64,000 nucleotides of DNA from Eledone cirrhosa (Eukaryota), in NCBI GenBank assembly GCA_964016885.1, contig OZ024757.1, positions 8,556,001 to 8,620,000 on the forward strand, read 5' to 3'. The translations under genes were made by a program, and so were the position numbers. Of the stretch, positions 11,040 to 24,499 are shown piece after piece; position 1 is the first letter of the stretch, and each line of letters opens with the position of its first letter. A model generated the notes under the pieces. It made no database searches, was not told the DNA's origin, and saw nothing but the letters and a program-made list of their open reading frames with translations.

Positions 11040-14000
11040 CTCTTATTAATGGTCAGACCTGCTCGCTCTCCTAGAAATGTAATGTAAAATGCCATTTTTT
11101 CTTGTCCCTCCATCCTCTCGGTCCATTCATTCATATATCCGTATCATCGCCCAGAATCCAATCTTTTGCACTTTCTCAATGCTATTCTATAATTCTGTCT
11201 GGTTGTTCTAAATAATCTTCTTGTATTTTAAAATCCCATTATTCGCTTATTACTGTTATATGCTTGTCCAATTATGCCCAAAATTCGAGGATTTTATTTA
11301 AACCCTCTCGCTTACTACCCCATACCCCTCCCAACCGCCCCCACTCGCCACCATTATTATTTGGATCAATCATAAGTCAGCGGCCTATGCTATCACTTCT
11401 CCTGGTTCCTTTTCGATATGATGGATGGACTAAGGAATTCTGGAGAGTCTGAAAAATCTGGACACTCAGTGACAATGCCAAAGATAAAGACAAATTCACC
11501 TCATGCTGCCAGACAAAAAGGCAAGGACCCCTCCTCTTTGTTTCAGCCGCAGATGTCAACATAACCCCAACCACATTCCCCTCACCCCTCCTGGCACCCC
11601 ACCGTTTCCACCCACCAAACGCAATCCAAAACTTCAGAGTTGGTACCATGAATGTAGGGACCTTAAAAGGCCGCTCTAACGAGGTTGTAGAAATGCTTGA
11701 ACGTTAGGAGGTTGATGTTTGCTGTATCCAAGAGACCAGGTGGAGGGGCGGGTCTGCTAGATTCATTGTGGGTAAAATACGATGCTATAAGCTTTTCTGG
11801 GTGGGAAATGACAATGGGCTGGGTGGGGTAGGAATCATGTTAGCAGAAAAATGGGTAGATAAGATAATAGACGTAAATAGAGTGAACGACAGAATAATTA
11901 AAATAAGACATGTCCTAAATAGAACTACTGTGACAGTAATATCTGCATATGCACCCCAATCCGGACTACCCGGCGCTATAAAAGACAGATTCTATGAGAC
12001 ACTGATGCTCACTACCTCCCAAATAACCGACAGTGACTACATAATCATTGCTGGCGACCTAAATGGTCACGTTGGACAACATTGTGACGGCTATGACAGA
12101 ATCCATGGAGGCTATGGGTTTGGTACTAGAAATGAGGAAGGCTCCAGAATCCTGGAATTCTGTGACCCAAATAACCTAACTATCTGTAACACTAACTTCA
12201 AAAAACGAGACAATCACTTGATCACCTATAGATCAGGGGAACACGCCAGTCAGATAGATTATATCCTTACCAGAAGACGTGATAGAGTGTCTGTTGTAAA
12301 CTGTAAATCCCTCCCCCATGAAGAATGCACCTTTCAACATAAACTCATAATTAGCGACCTCATAGTCAGGACGAGACGTATTCGACAACAGAAGAGGACT
12401 ATCCTCAGGAGAGAAATATGGAAATTAAAGGACCCCACAGCCAGTCATAAATTTAAAAGCATACTACTTGATGCTTTCGACAGTAAGGAAGAGCAATTAG
12501 AGTCGTACAATATAGAGGAACAATGGGTATTCCTGAAAGCTAACCTACTGAAGGTGGCAGATGAAGTATGTGGCTGGAGCAGGCTTATAGGCAGGAGGAG
12601 AGTAACGTAGTGGTGGAACAGTAAGGTGGAGGAGTCAATTAAGGCCAAAAAGCAGGCTTCGAAAGTATGGCGGGATGGGGGAAGTAGAGAAGACAATCAA
12701 GTGGCCAGGAGGGAAGCTAGGAAACAAGTGTACTTTGCAAGAAGGGAAGCAGAGGAAAGAAGGTTCAAGCATGTTCTACAACGCGAGGAACAAAAACGTG
12801 AGGTGTTCAGGATTGCTAGGCAATGTGTCAAGGAAAACAGTGATATTGTCGGGGAGAAGTGTGTCCTTAATGATGATGGTGTACTTGCCATCACTGACGC
12901 TGATAAGAAGGTAGCTTGGAAGTGTCACTACGAAAGGCTACTAAATGAGGAGAATAAATGGGAGAAAGACAGTCTCCCCCACATCGACCCAATAGAGGGA
13001 CCAGCAGTGTTAGTCGAAGGTAGTATAATAAGTAAGGCAATCAAAGATATGAAGACGGGTAAGGCGGCTGGGCCTTCGGAAATAGTTGCTGAAATGCTGA
13101 AAGCTTCTGGAACGGTGGGACACATCATGGTCACCCGGATAGTAAACCAAGTCATACAGAATGGGGTTGTTCCGAAGCACTGGCGTAGCAGCATCATCAT
13201 TAACTGCTACAAGGGTAAAGTAGATGCCCTAGATAGGAGTAACTATAGAGGCATTAAATTAATCGACCAGGTCATGAAGGTCACAGAAAAAGTAATAGCG
13301 CAACTAATCAGAGAGAGAATTGATCTAGATGAAATGCAGTTCGGGTTTGTGTCAGGTAAAAGTACCACAGACGCTGTTTTCATTGTACGACAACTACAGG
13401 AGAAGTATCTAGCTAAAAGTAAACCCCTATACTTAGCTTTTGTCGACTTGGAGAAAGCCTTCGACAGAGTCCCCCGTTCCATTATCTGGTGGGCTCTTAG
13501 AAAACTAGGTGTTGATGAATGGTTTGTGAGAGCTATACAAGCTATGTATAAAGAAACAGTCAGCAAGGTTCGAAGTAACAACGAATATAGTGAAGAGTTT
13601 AGCGTAAAAGTTGGTGTTCATCAGGGCTCCGTTCTTAGCCCCCTACTATTTATTATTGCCCTTCAGGCTATAACAGTGGAGTTCAAGATCGGCTGCCCAT
13701 GGGAACTCCTATACACAGATGATCTAACGCTCATAGCTGAATCAATGGCCGAACTAGCGAAGAAATTCCAAACATGGAAGCATGGCCTAGAATCAAAAGG
13801 CCTTAAAATTAACCTGTCTAAGACTAAAGTTCTAGTTTGTAGGAAGGAAAATAGGGCGCCGGTCCCATCCGGGAAATGGCCATGTTCAGTGTGTAGGAAA
13901 AGAGTAGGTAGAAACTCCATTTTATGTCCCAAATGCAATGTTAGCATAAAAGATGTAGTGGGATCACAGGTAAGCTAACTAAGAACATAGATTTTATATG

Positions 14001-15045
14001 TGGCCAGTGCTCTGGTGCAATAAGTAGCAGCAAGTGCCCACAGAATACTAGCTCATTCCATTGCACAGATGGTTCTATAGAAATAGTGGACAGCTTCCGT
14101 TACCTGGGTGACAAAATCAGCAGTGGGGGAGGGTGCTCTGAAAGTACAGTAGCTAGAGTCAGAACTGGATGGAAAAAGTTAAGAGAGCTTATACCACTAT
14201 TAGCTGCTAAAGGGTTCTCCCTAAAAATGAAAGGCAGGCTGTATGATGCCTGCATAAGAACAGCAATGTTGCATGGCAGTGAGACCTGGGTATTGTGTGC
14301 AGAGGATGTATGCAGACTGAAGAGGAACGAAGCTGGCATGCTCCGCTGGATGTGTAATAGTAATATACGGGAACGGCAAAGCATAAATGAAGTAAGGGAA
14401 AAATTAGAAATAAGAGGGATCAGATGTTTACTTGAGAGAAGACTATGTTGGTATGGTCACGTGATGCGCATGAAATATGACAGCTGTATAAAAAAGTGCA
14501 GGGCAATAAAAATAGACGGTAGCCTCGGAGTAGGCAGACCCAGAAAAACCTGGGACGACTTGATAAATTCCGACCTCACACACTTACACCTCTCCAAGAC
14601 AATGTCAGTGGACCGAGATCTTTGGCGCTACACAGTAATAGAGAAGACCCGCCTTACCTAAGTACAAAGTGAAACCTACTACAGTCAGTAGGCATCTCTA
14701 ACAAAATACACCCCCATCCCACTACCCCCACCCCATCCACACCACCCCTTTCAATGTAAAGTTATGTTGGTACCACAACATCCAGCCCGAAACAAATGAG
14801 GTCGTGTAGGTGTCACGACAAAAAAACACACAGTCCACGCTGTAATGTGGCCGCGTAGGTAACACGGTAAAAACCTCCCAGTCCCACACTGTAAATGTGG
14901 TTGGTGTTAGGAAGGGCATCCAGCCGTAGAAAACGCGCCAGACAGTCCTATGCGAGCAAGACAACCACTCTTGCCTCAAGTGGGAAAACTCCCGTCCAAA
15001 CCCATGCGAGCGTTGAATATGGACGTTAAATGATGATGATGATGA

Positions 15046-15048
<3 letters not shown>
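11040..15048 (+). mobile_element. Near full-length RTE-clade LINE (APE endonuclease + reverse transcriptase), disabled
   Basis: APE motifs VGTMNVGTL, IQETRW, SAYAPQ, AGDLNGH, SQIDYIL; RT motifs NYRGIKL, AFVDLEKAFDRVP, GVHQGSVLSPLLF, YTDD; stops at 11705 and 12608, frameshift near 13940; (GAT)n tail. 5' boundary approximate. Confidence 0.95.
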
Positions 15049-15096
<48 letters not shown>

Positions 15097-15141
15097 GAAA
15101 ATAAACCAAAGAAGCTTTCAATACATCAAAAGTCTTTATTA

Positions 15142-15179
15142 GCCAACAATGTTTCGTCCTATTAAGGACTCATCAGGGC
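15142..15179 (-). ncRNA. Minimal type I hammerhead ribozyme motif in a probable Penelope-like terminal fragment (~15095-15390)
   Basis: Minus strand GCC CTGATGA GTCC TTAATA GGAC GAAA C ATT G TT GGC, then TAATAAA. Confidence 0.8.
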
Positions 15180-15792
15180 AGTTAAAGCTTCAAGAAGCAC
15201 TATCAGCCAATACAAGCCGAAAACTCAGAAGAATATGGAGTGTACATAGATTAAAGCATGGGAAAATAAAAATTATCAAGTGAAAAATTGCTAAGGAAGT
15301 AAGTAACATTTTGAACCATATTACAAATATAGTCCAAAGTAGAAACTAGAGCTAAAACAGAGGTGGTGATATAGAGCGGGTATTATTGTACTATATATAA
15401 TATAATATAATATAATATATATATATATATATGAATAAAATTAGTCCTTCATCAGTGATCTTCCAGCCTTCATTGGTATTTCATCACTTTAAAGACCATA
15501 TACCTCTGGTTGGTGCGAGCAACGGCTAAAGAAAGTCGTTGGGACTCGTAAATAGGGGGAAGGAGCGAGACAGTAAACAAACAAAGATGGTAATGCAACG
15601 AAAAGTGAGGAAGAAGGAGTCAAGTCCCTGAAATTGATGAACATAAGTTCTGTGAAATCGTAAACGAGAGAATAAAGATCATCCGACCTGGTCGAAATGT
15701 GAGCGAGGAAAGAATCTCGCAGAGGTCAAACGGGAGGAAGTGATGGAGAGGGAGTAGCACAGTATATATATATATATATATACATACATCTC

Positions 15793-17367
15793 AAGGGCAG
15801 TGCCCCAGCATGGCCTCAGCCTGATGGCTGGAACAGGTATAAGAATTAAAGAATATAATATATATGTGTATATTCATATATTGTATTTATCCTCATCACA
15901 ATTTAAACTCCATTTTACATGCTAGCATGGGCTGGACGACTTGTCCTGTTGTGTGAAAACTTAGATCAAATAACCCTGCCTTGCTCATGCAAGAACCATT
16001 TATGGTTGGTTTCTACAGGGTGGACTTGGTATTTATTGTTGTGTTGCTAACATGACCAACTTACAGGGTGGACTGGGTGCTTTTCGTTGTGTCATCATCA
16101 TGACAACCACCAGCTAACAGAGCAGACTTGGTGCTCTTTGTCATGTCACCAATTTGACTACTTTGAAGGGTGGTTCGAGTGCCTTCAGTCTTGCCACTAG
16201 CATGACCACTTTACAGAGTGGGCTAGAGGCCTCCTGTCAAGTCTACCTCATAGGGTGAACTGGGTGCTTATTTGTCATGTCACCAGCATGGAGGGAGGGT
16301 GAGGAGCTCTTTTGTCATGACACCTGCATGACCACCTTACAGGGTTGCCTGAGGGTTTAGCCATTTCAGCAGCATTGGAGGAGAGCATGTCAAGCTTTCC
16401 GTACTTGTATACATGGGTTGGTGAAGAGAGGTGTATCAGATGTGAAAGTGCGGGTGTGGTTGTGTGTATGTAGGGTGGGGATTGGCGAGGTAGGTCAGGG
16501 TGGTGTACTTAGCTGGTAAGGGGGTGGAGTGTTAAAATGTGGGGAGGAGGAAAATTGGAGCATACTTCAAACCACTAAATGTTGCTTCAACCCGTGGACA
16601 TGGGAATGCAGGTCTCCTGCAGTACTGTATAACGCCAGAGATTTCAATCCTGTGTCATCACCTTTGAGAGGTACAATGGTGTCAGGTCAGTTTTTACCTC
16701 CTCATCCCAAGCTTTCCTAGGTCTTCTTCTTCCATCAATTTCAAGCGGTCAACCTTTTATACAGCATCTCTACCTTCATACACATCACATGTCCATACCA
16801 CAGCAATCTCCTCTCCTGCATACTGTATCTTATCCCTCTCATGCCCAGGTTCTCTCTCAGTTTATTTACATTTCGCTCTTCATGTATATTAATATTACAC
16901 ATCCATCGGAGAATTCAAACTTCATTTCTATCCAATCTTCTGAGGTCCTCACTGCAATGCAGCATTGCTGTTCATATGCAGACATCAATTTGGTAAAACA
17001 ACCTTTTGTAGCTAGCAGTAGTAGTAATAGTAGCACCCTAAACCTTTGCCATTTTGTTCTTACTCTGGTTTCTGTACTTTCAGAACACCTACCTCCACTG
17101 CTAATTTGGTCACCCAGGTAACAGAAACTGTCAACTGTTTCTATGGAACCCTTTAAATATTTGATAGAACTTGTCTCCCAAAAGTGATTGCTTCTTACTG
17201 CTCCAGTGCAATGACCCCATGTAAAACCTACATTCTTAGCTAACTTACCATGTATCCCACTAAATCTCTTGTGTACCCATAGTCTCTTTAGAGTAAATAA
17301 TGTTTCATACACATAACATGTATGTGTGACCATTGGTTTCTGAGCCCACTTATGGCCACTACTGTTT
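15793..17367 (-). mobile_element. Decayed RTE 3' portion plus flank; direct paralog of 30571-32086
   Basis: Identity extends past the LINE tail into the flank (AAGGGC.GTG..CCAGCATGGCCTCAGCC). Confidence 0.85.
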
Positions 17368-17399
17368 ACTATTGTCAAAAAGGGAGGTAAATCTTTAGC

Positions 17400-18400
17400 T
17401 GTAAATCTTATGCTGGGTCGTTCACACACATTGACACTGCACATCCAACGGAGCATGCTTGCCTCATTTCTCTCCAGCCGTCGCATATCCTCTGCAGTTG
17501 CTGCCCATGTCTCTTCTTCGACAGCAGCTCCCTAAACTTCTTCCAACCCGTCCTTATTCTAGATATTATGGCCTCGGAACCCCCCCCCCCATGCTAATCT
17601 GATGTCCTAGGTACCGGAAGCTATCCACCACTTCAATAGCACCCGCCTGCATTTGTAAAATGTGTCTATCACTGTGACTTCTACTGTCTAATTTCCCTGT
17701 ACATCTAGTGCATACGTATTTCTCCCTACCTGTTAGTTTGCCTGCTATCCCACTACATCTCTTGTGTACCCAGGATCTGCATTGTGTACATTTTATAGAA
17801 TTTATGCCAGTTCCTTTTCTGAATATCGAACATGGCCATTTCCCTGACGGAATCAGAGTTTTGTCCTCTTTTCTACTCATCAATACTTTTGTCTTAACTA
17901 GGTTCACCCTCAGTCCTCTTGCTTCCAACTGCAGTTTCCATAGCCAGAATTTATTGTCTAGCTCCTCTACTGATTCTGTTATAAGAACCAGATCGTCAGC
18001 ATAGAGAAGTTCCCATGGACAGCCAGTCTTAAACTGCTCTGTTATGGCTTGGAGGACTATAATGAACAAGAGCGGGCTGAGGACCAAACCTTGATGTACT
18101 CCTACTTGTATCTGGAATTCCTCACTAAACTCCATTCCTACCCTGACTTTACTGACAGCACCTCTGTACAAAGTTTGCACTGTCCTCACAAGCCATTCCT
18201 CAACACCTAGTTTTCTTAGGGACCACCATGACAGATCGGGGTACCCTATCAAAGGCCTTCTCTAGGTCAACAAAGGCTTATTCATCTCTAAGAACCTCTC
18301 TTGTAATTGTCTCACCAAGAAGAGGGCATCTGTTGTACTTTTCCCGGGCACAAAACCAAACTGCATCTCATCTAGTTTAACCCTTTCATAACCTGATCCA
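17400..18400 (-). mobile_element. RTE LINE RT fragment (distinct subfamily)
   Basis: ORF 17566..18252 has GVHQGLVLSPLLF, YADD and the Cys-rich segment. Confidence 0.9.
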
Positions 18401-18442
18401 CATATATATATACATATATATATATACATATATATATATATA

Positions 18443-19692
18443 TGTCTAAGACTAAAGTCCTAGTTTGTAGAAAGGAAAATAAGGCACAGGTACCCTCAGG
18501 GAAATGGCCATGCTCAGTGTGTAGGAAAGGAGTAGTCTGAAATTTCATTTTATGTCCCAAATGCAAAGTATGGGTACATAAAAGATGTAGTGGGATCACA
18601 GGTAAACTATCTAAGAACGTAGACTTTATATGTGGCCAATGCTCAGGGGCAATAAGTAGAAAGTGTCCACAGGATACTAGCTCCTTCTATTGCCCAGATG
18701 GTTCTATAGAAATAGTAGACACTTTCCGTTACCTGGGTGACGAAATCAGCAGTGGTGGAGGGTGCTCTGAAAGTACAGTAGCCAGAGTCAGACGGGATGG
18801 AAAGAGTTCAGAGAGCTTATACCACTGTTGGCCACAAGAGGGTTCTCTCTAAAAATGAAAGGCATATTGTATGATGCTTGTATACGAACAGCAATGCTAC
18901 ATGGCAGTGAGACACGGGCATTGTGTGAAGAGGACCTGCGTAGACTCGAAAGGAACGAAGCATGCATGCTCCGTTAGATGTGTAATAGTAATATACGTGA
19001 ACGGCAAAGCATAAATGAACTAAGTGAGAAATAAGGAATAAGAGGGATCAGATGCTGTTTACTCGAGAGAAGACTACGTTGGTTTGGTCACGTGATGCGC
19101 ATGTAAGACGACAGCTGCATAAAAAAGTGCAGGGCGATCAAAATTGATGGTAGTTACGGATTAGGTAGACCCAGAAAAACCTGGGACGATCTGATAAATT
19201 CCGACATTACACACTTGCACCTATCTAAGACAATGTCACTGGACCAAGGTCTTTGGCGCTATGCAGTAATACAGAAGACCCGCCTTCCCTATCTACAAAG
19301 TGAAACCTACAATCAGTAGGCACCTCTTAACAAAATATACACCCCAATCCACTACCCCTACCCTATCCTCCCTCCCACCAAAACCACCCTCTCTCTATTA
19401 AGTTGGTACCACAACATCCAGTCCAAATAAATGAGATCGAGATCATGTAGGTATCCTAAAAAAAACACACAGTCCACGCTGTAATGTAGTCGTGTAGGTA
19501 ACATGGTAAAAAGTTCCCAGTCCACACTGTAAATGTGGTTGGTGTTAGGAAGGGCACCCAGCCATAGAAAACCTGCCAGGTAGTCCTATATGAGTGAAAC
19601 ACGGTCACCCGACCAACCTTGCCTCAAGTGGGACAACTCCCGTCTAACCCATGCTAGCGTGGAAAATGGATGTTAAACGAAGATGATGATGA
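18443..19692 (+). mobile_element. 5'-truncated RTE LINE
   Basis: Collinear with 13815-15048; ends in (GAT)n. Confidence 0.9.
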
Positions 19693-20195
19693 TTATACAT
19701 ACATATATATATATACATATATACGTACATATATATATATATACATATATATACATATATATATATACATATACATTTGTATATATATACATATATACAT
19801 GGCTTGAATAAACATAGATTAAATTCAGCTTTTAAATATAAATTTAAATTTAAAATGTAGTATATTTAGTTTGATTTATAATTATTTGGGAAACTAGCCG
19901 ATAAATCTTTCGATTTCTTCTTTTTATTCTTCTTTTTATTTTTTTATTTTTATTTAAACATTCTTCATGAAAAATTAAACTACCCTAAAAGTTGATGCTC
20001 CAAATATTTCGAATAAACGTTACACTAGATAAACTTCTATATTAAATATAAGAACACATGTAGACCAAATGGGCATCCTAAACTTTTTGAAATGATTTTT
20101 GCTAGACGCGATTTGATAAATAATTTTTAGCTTTATCTGTTTTCGACTCTGATGCTTATAATGAACTTGGCAATATATTGTCAATTAATTTTGAA

Positions 20196-20678
20196 GGGTC
20201 GGGTACTCTGTATTACTGCGTGACGCCAGAGGTCACGATCTTGTGTCATCGCCTCTCCTGCAGACAGCATTTGATTCCTCTTATGCTCAGTCTCTCTCTC
20301 AATTCGTTTATGGTTTGTCATTCGCGTATATTACTATTACACATCCATCGGAGCATGCAGGCTTCGTTTCTCTCTAATCTATGTAAGTCTTCCACCTTCA
20401 GCGCCCAGGTCTCACTACCATGTAACATTACTGTTCGGATACACGCATCATACAGTCTGCCTTTCATTTTGAGGGAGAAGCCTTTTGCAGCTAGCAGTGG
20501 TAGTAGTTCCCTAAACTTCTTCCATGCCGTTCTTACCCTAGTTATTGTACTTTCTGAACACCCACCTCCGTTGCTAATTCGGTCACCTAGGTAGTAGAAG
20601 CTGTCTACTGTTTCTACAGAGCTCTCCCAGAGATTGGTGGTACTTGTTTCCTGTGGCTGTTTGCTGCTTGCTGTCCCA
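20196..20678 (-). mobile_element. RTE fragment with internal deletion; near copy of 21227-21860
   Basis: Direct similarity, with a deletion of about 160 bp. Confidence 0.85.
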
Positions 20679-20747
20679 GTATATATATATATATTTTAGG
20701 TATGAATATAGTCTCATTAATATATATATATATATAATATAATATAA

Positions 20748-20890
20748 TTATTTCCACTTTTGGCACAAGGCCAGCAATTATCCCAGTGTATTACTGGTAC
20801 TTTATTTTATCGACCCCGTAAGGATGAAAGGCAAAGTTAACCTCGGCGGGATTTGAGCTCAGAATGGCAAGGGCCATAACTCTATGCGTC
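20748..20890 (-). mobile_element. SINE family 2 fragment
   Basis: Reverse complement of 23335-23475. Confidence 0.8.
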
Positions 20891-20906
20891 CTGTTATTAT
20901 ATTATA

Positions 20907-22672
20907 TCATCATCATCATCATCATCACCGTTTTACGTCCGTTCTTCCACGCTAGCATGGGTTAGACGGGTTGTCCTGTTGTGTGCAGTGTCTGGTCGGC
21001 TGACCATGCCTTGCTCATACAGGAACTGATCTGGCTTGATTTCTACAGCTGGATGCCCTTCCTAACACCAACCTCATTTACAGTGAGTGCTGGGTGCTTT
21101 TTCGTGGCGCCTACACGTCCACTTTACAGTGTGGGCTGGGTGCTTTTTTGCCGTGGCACCTCCACGGCCACCTTGCGGTGGGGGGGGGGGCATATTGTTT
21201 ATATGCTTCAGCATGTACCCATGGGAGGTCGGGTACCCTGTATTACTGCGTGACGCCAGAAGTCACGGTCGTGTGTCATTGACTTTGAGAGGTGTAGTTG
21301 GGTAAGGTCGGCTTTTATCACCTCATCCCAAGTCATCTTGGGTCTCCCCACTCCGCGGTTTCCATCAACTTCTAGTGCTCTGCACCTTTTTATGCAGCTG
21401 TCATCCTTCATACGCATCACATGTCCATACCAGCGTAACCGCCTCTCCTGCACGCAGCATTTGATTCCTCTTATGCTCAGTCTCTCTCTCAATTCCTTTA
21501 TGCTTTGTCGTTCACGTATATTACTGTTACACATCCATCGGAGCATGCAGGCTTCGTTTCTCTCTAATCTACGTAAGTCTTCCACCTTCAGCGCCCAGGT
21601 CTCACTACCATGCAACATCGCTGTTCGGATACACGCATCATACAGTCTGCCTTTCATTCTGAGGGAGAAGCCTTTTGCAGCTAGCAGTGGTAGTAGTTCC
21701 CTAAACTTCTTCCATCCCGTTCTTACCCTAGTTATTGTACTTTCTGAGCACCCACCTCCGTTGCTAATTCGGTCACCTAGGTAGCAGAAGTTGTCTACTG
21801 TTTCTACAGGGCCCTCCCAGAGATTGGTGGTACTTGTTTCCTGTGGCTGTTTGCTTGCTGTTTCAGCACAGCTGCTGCATGTGAATCCTACATTCTTAAT
21901 TAAGCTTCCTGAGATCCCGCTACATCTCTTGTGTACCCATTGTTTGCATTTGGGGCAGAGAATGGAGTTCCTACCTACACCTTTCCTACATACTGAGCAA
22001 GGCCATTTCCCTGAGGGGATCTGGGTTCTGTTTTCTCGTCTACTTACAAGGACCTTAGTCTTTGTCATGTTGACTTTGAGGCCCTTTCTCTCTAGTCCCT
22101 GCTTCCAGGTTTGGAATTTATTCTCTAGTTCTACCATAGATTCAGCTATGAGTGCGAGGTCATCAGCATACAGGAGTTCCCATGGGCATCCGGTCTTAAA
22201 CTCCTCCGTTATTGCCTGCAGGACTATGATGAACAGGAGAGGGCTAAGAACAGAGCCCTGGTGGACCCCAACCTGTACGCTAAATTCCTCGCTATACTCA
22301 TTGCCAATCCTAACTTTGCTGACTGCTCCCCTATACATGGCTTGTACCGCTTTCACAAGCCATTCATCTACTCCTAGTTTTCTAAGAGCCCACCAGATTA
22401 CTGCACGTGGAACTCTGTCAAAGGCTTTCTCAAGGTCGACAAATGCCAAGTAGAGTGGCTTACTTTTAGCTAGGTACTTTTCCTGTAATTGCCTCACAAG
22501 GAAGAGCGCATCAGTGGTGCCTTTCCCTGGTACAAACCCAAATTGCATCTCGTCTATATTCACCCGGTCCCTAATCAGCTGTGCTATAACTCTTTCTGTT
22601 ACTTTCATGACCTGGTCCATCAACTTTATACCTCTATAGTTTCCTCTATCTAGTGCATCGCCTTTACCTTTA
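20907..22672 (-). mobile_element. 5'-truncated RTE LINE with an uninterrupted RT C-terminal ORF
   Basis: ORF 21208..22623 (471 aa) with DLEKAFD, QGSVLSPLLF, YADD; (CAT)n tail. Confidence 0.95.
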
Positions 22673-22729
22673 TATAATATAATATAATAACAGGAGGCTG
22701 GACTTGTGTAAATTCTTGAAAGGTTTATT

Positions 22730-22787
22730 ATACTATGATCATTTCAATGACTGGGTTCCGTATGAATCCGGTGATATCATCAGGTAT
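22730..22787 (-). ncRNA. Minimal type I hammerhead ribozyme motif in a probable Penelope-like terminal fragment (~22690-23080)
   Basis: Minus strand ATAC CTGATGA [imperfect 13-position stem II] GAAA T GATC A TA GTAT, then AATAAA. Confidence 0.7.
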
Positions 22788-23281
22788 TCAAAATATAATA
22801 AATGAATGTAACAGATAAAATCCATGGGGCTGAAAATCATAGACCCGAGGACTACCGACCATCTAGCATCTTCCACTTTAGACGGTCGCCCTCAAGTGCT
22901 GGGCTATTCGGTCTACTTAAGGCTATCTGGTGAGGGTGCGAAAGCTTATAATGTGCTACTAACCTCCCGGTCAAAGAGAAAAAAAGACAGAAAGAAAGAA
23001 GAAAAGTCAGCGTTAATGTCATGCTACAATCAGGTTAGGAATTGCTGCAAAAAATGTTATTTTAAAGAACCTATATCTTAACAGAGGTATATATTATAAC
23101 AGAGGTATATATTATAACAGAGGTATATATATAGTGGGCATCTGCATGGTATAATGTGTGAACAGAAAATTGGAACGTTAAATGTTTGTTTAGATTTATA
23201 GGATGAAATTAGAAAAATTAAATTGTTATTGTAAAATAAACATTGTCAACATCACAATTCTGGCATTATTCTTTTTATCAA

Positions 23282-23475
23282 GGGCGGTGGATTGGCAGTA
23301 TTGGTAGAGGGTCGGATGCCATGCTTTGACGTATAGAGTTACGGCCCTTGCCATTCTGAGTTCAAATCCCGCCAAGGTTAACTTTGCCTTTCATCCTTAC
23401 GGGGTCGATAAAATAAAAGTACCAGTAATGCACTGGGTAATTGCTGGCCTTGTGCCTAACGTAGAACCAATTATT
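23282..23475 (+). mobile_element. SINE family 2, most complete copy; others at 29800-29915, 46393-46545, 56575-56680, 56740-56900, 60130-60310, 60812-60997
   Basis: A/B-box-like head, then GCCTTTCATCCTTACGGGGTCGATAAAATAAAAGTACCAG, which resembles the MetaSINE central domain. Confidence 0.8.
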
Positions 23476-23504
23476 CTTTTTATCATTCATCCACAAAAGA
23501 ATAC

Positions 23505-23652
23505 ATTTATCCACTACATATGCAACAAACAAAAGGGGTCCAAGAACAGATCCCTGTGGTACACCAGATGACATCTCATACAGTGAAGAATGCTGTCCTA
23601 GAACCGTGACTACCTCTTTTCGACTGAGAATGAAGGATTTCAACCAGTTAAA
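23505..23652 (-). mobile_element. CR1-type LINE RT fragment
   Basis: SGVPQGSVLGPLLFVAY; matches 50985-51115. Confidence 0.85.
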
Positions 23653-23730
23653 AACTATACACTATATACAGTATATATACACTATATATATATTATATAT
23701 ACACTATATACAGTATATATACATTATATA

Positions 23731-24478
23731 TCTATATATATAAAACTGAGGTTGTCTGTCTGTGTGTGTGAGAGTTTGAATCCCTAAACCTCAAGAACCA
23801 CCCAACCGACTGTTTTCAAACTTTACACATGTAATACTTATGTTTCAGGGAGTGTTCTGAGCAAAAAGAATTTCAAATTTTCAATGTCCGCATTAGGCGA
23901 TTTAGCGAACTCTCTCTATAATTCTTAGTCTTTCTCTTTTTAGATAGATATATACATATAACGTCGCGCCCTTATAATATCTGTCTGTATGTCTGCATTA
24001 CGTCACTTCCTTGAGGATGTCTGTCTGTGTGTGGGTGAGTTTGAATCCCTAAAACTCGAGAAGTACCCAACCGACCTTTTTCAAACTTTACATGTGTATT
24101 ACTTATGTTTCAGGGAGTGTTATGCACATAAAATTCAACTTTTTGGTCCCCATTAGGTGAAAAACTGCAATTTTCAGGTTTTTTGAGGCGTTGAGTTGGA
24201 CTGATTTCCTTGAAATTGTAACTATGTATTAGTCAGTCTCTTCTTCATACCGTGAGCAAAAAAAATCCAACTTTTTTATGGCCTAGAGCCCGCATTAGGT
24301 GAAAACCTGCATTTTTCCTGCTTCATCGAGGAAAATCTTAAGGATTATCCAGCCATCATAGTATTCAGTTTATTTTCTTTACATATTGTCCAGGCATGCA
24401 GTTTTTCCACGATTAGGTCTGTTGGCGGCCCGTGTTCCAAAATATCTTATTCCGTGCAACGCCGGGTACCACTGCTAG
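23731..24478 (+). mobile_element. Non-autonomous Helitron
   Basis: A|TCTATATATATAAAA 5' end; subterminal GC hairpin CCGTGCAACGCCGGG; CTAG|T 3' end; internal duplication 23750-23900 / 24020-24160. Confidence 0.8.
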
Positions 24479-24499
24479 TAATATATATATACACTATAT

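Noticed and set aside
12445-14384. Antisense ORFs over LINE ORF2 (and equivalents in other copies)
   Set aside because: Shadow frames of the RT coding strand with no independent motifs
11040-15048. Active autonomous LINE (also 47870-52130)
   Set aside because: Both near-full-length copies carry in-frame stops and frameshifts
22824-23081. 85-aa ORF as a host gene
   Set aside because: No recognisable domain; lies antisense within the hammerhead-bearing repeat fragment
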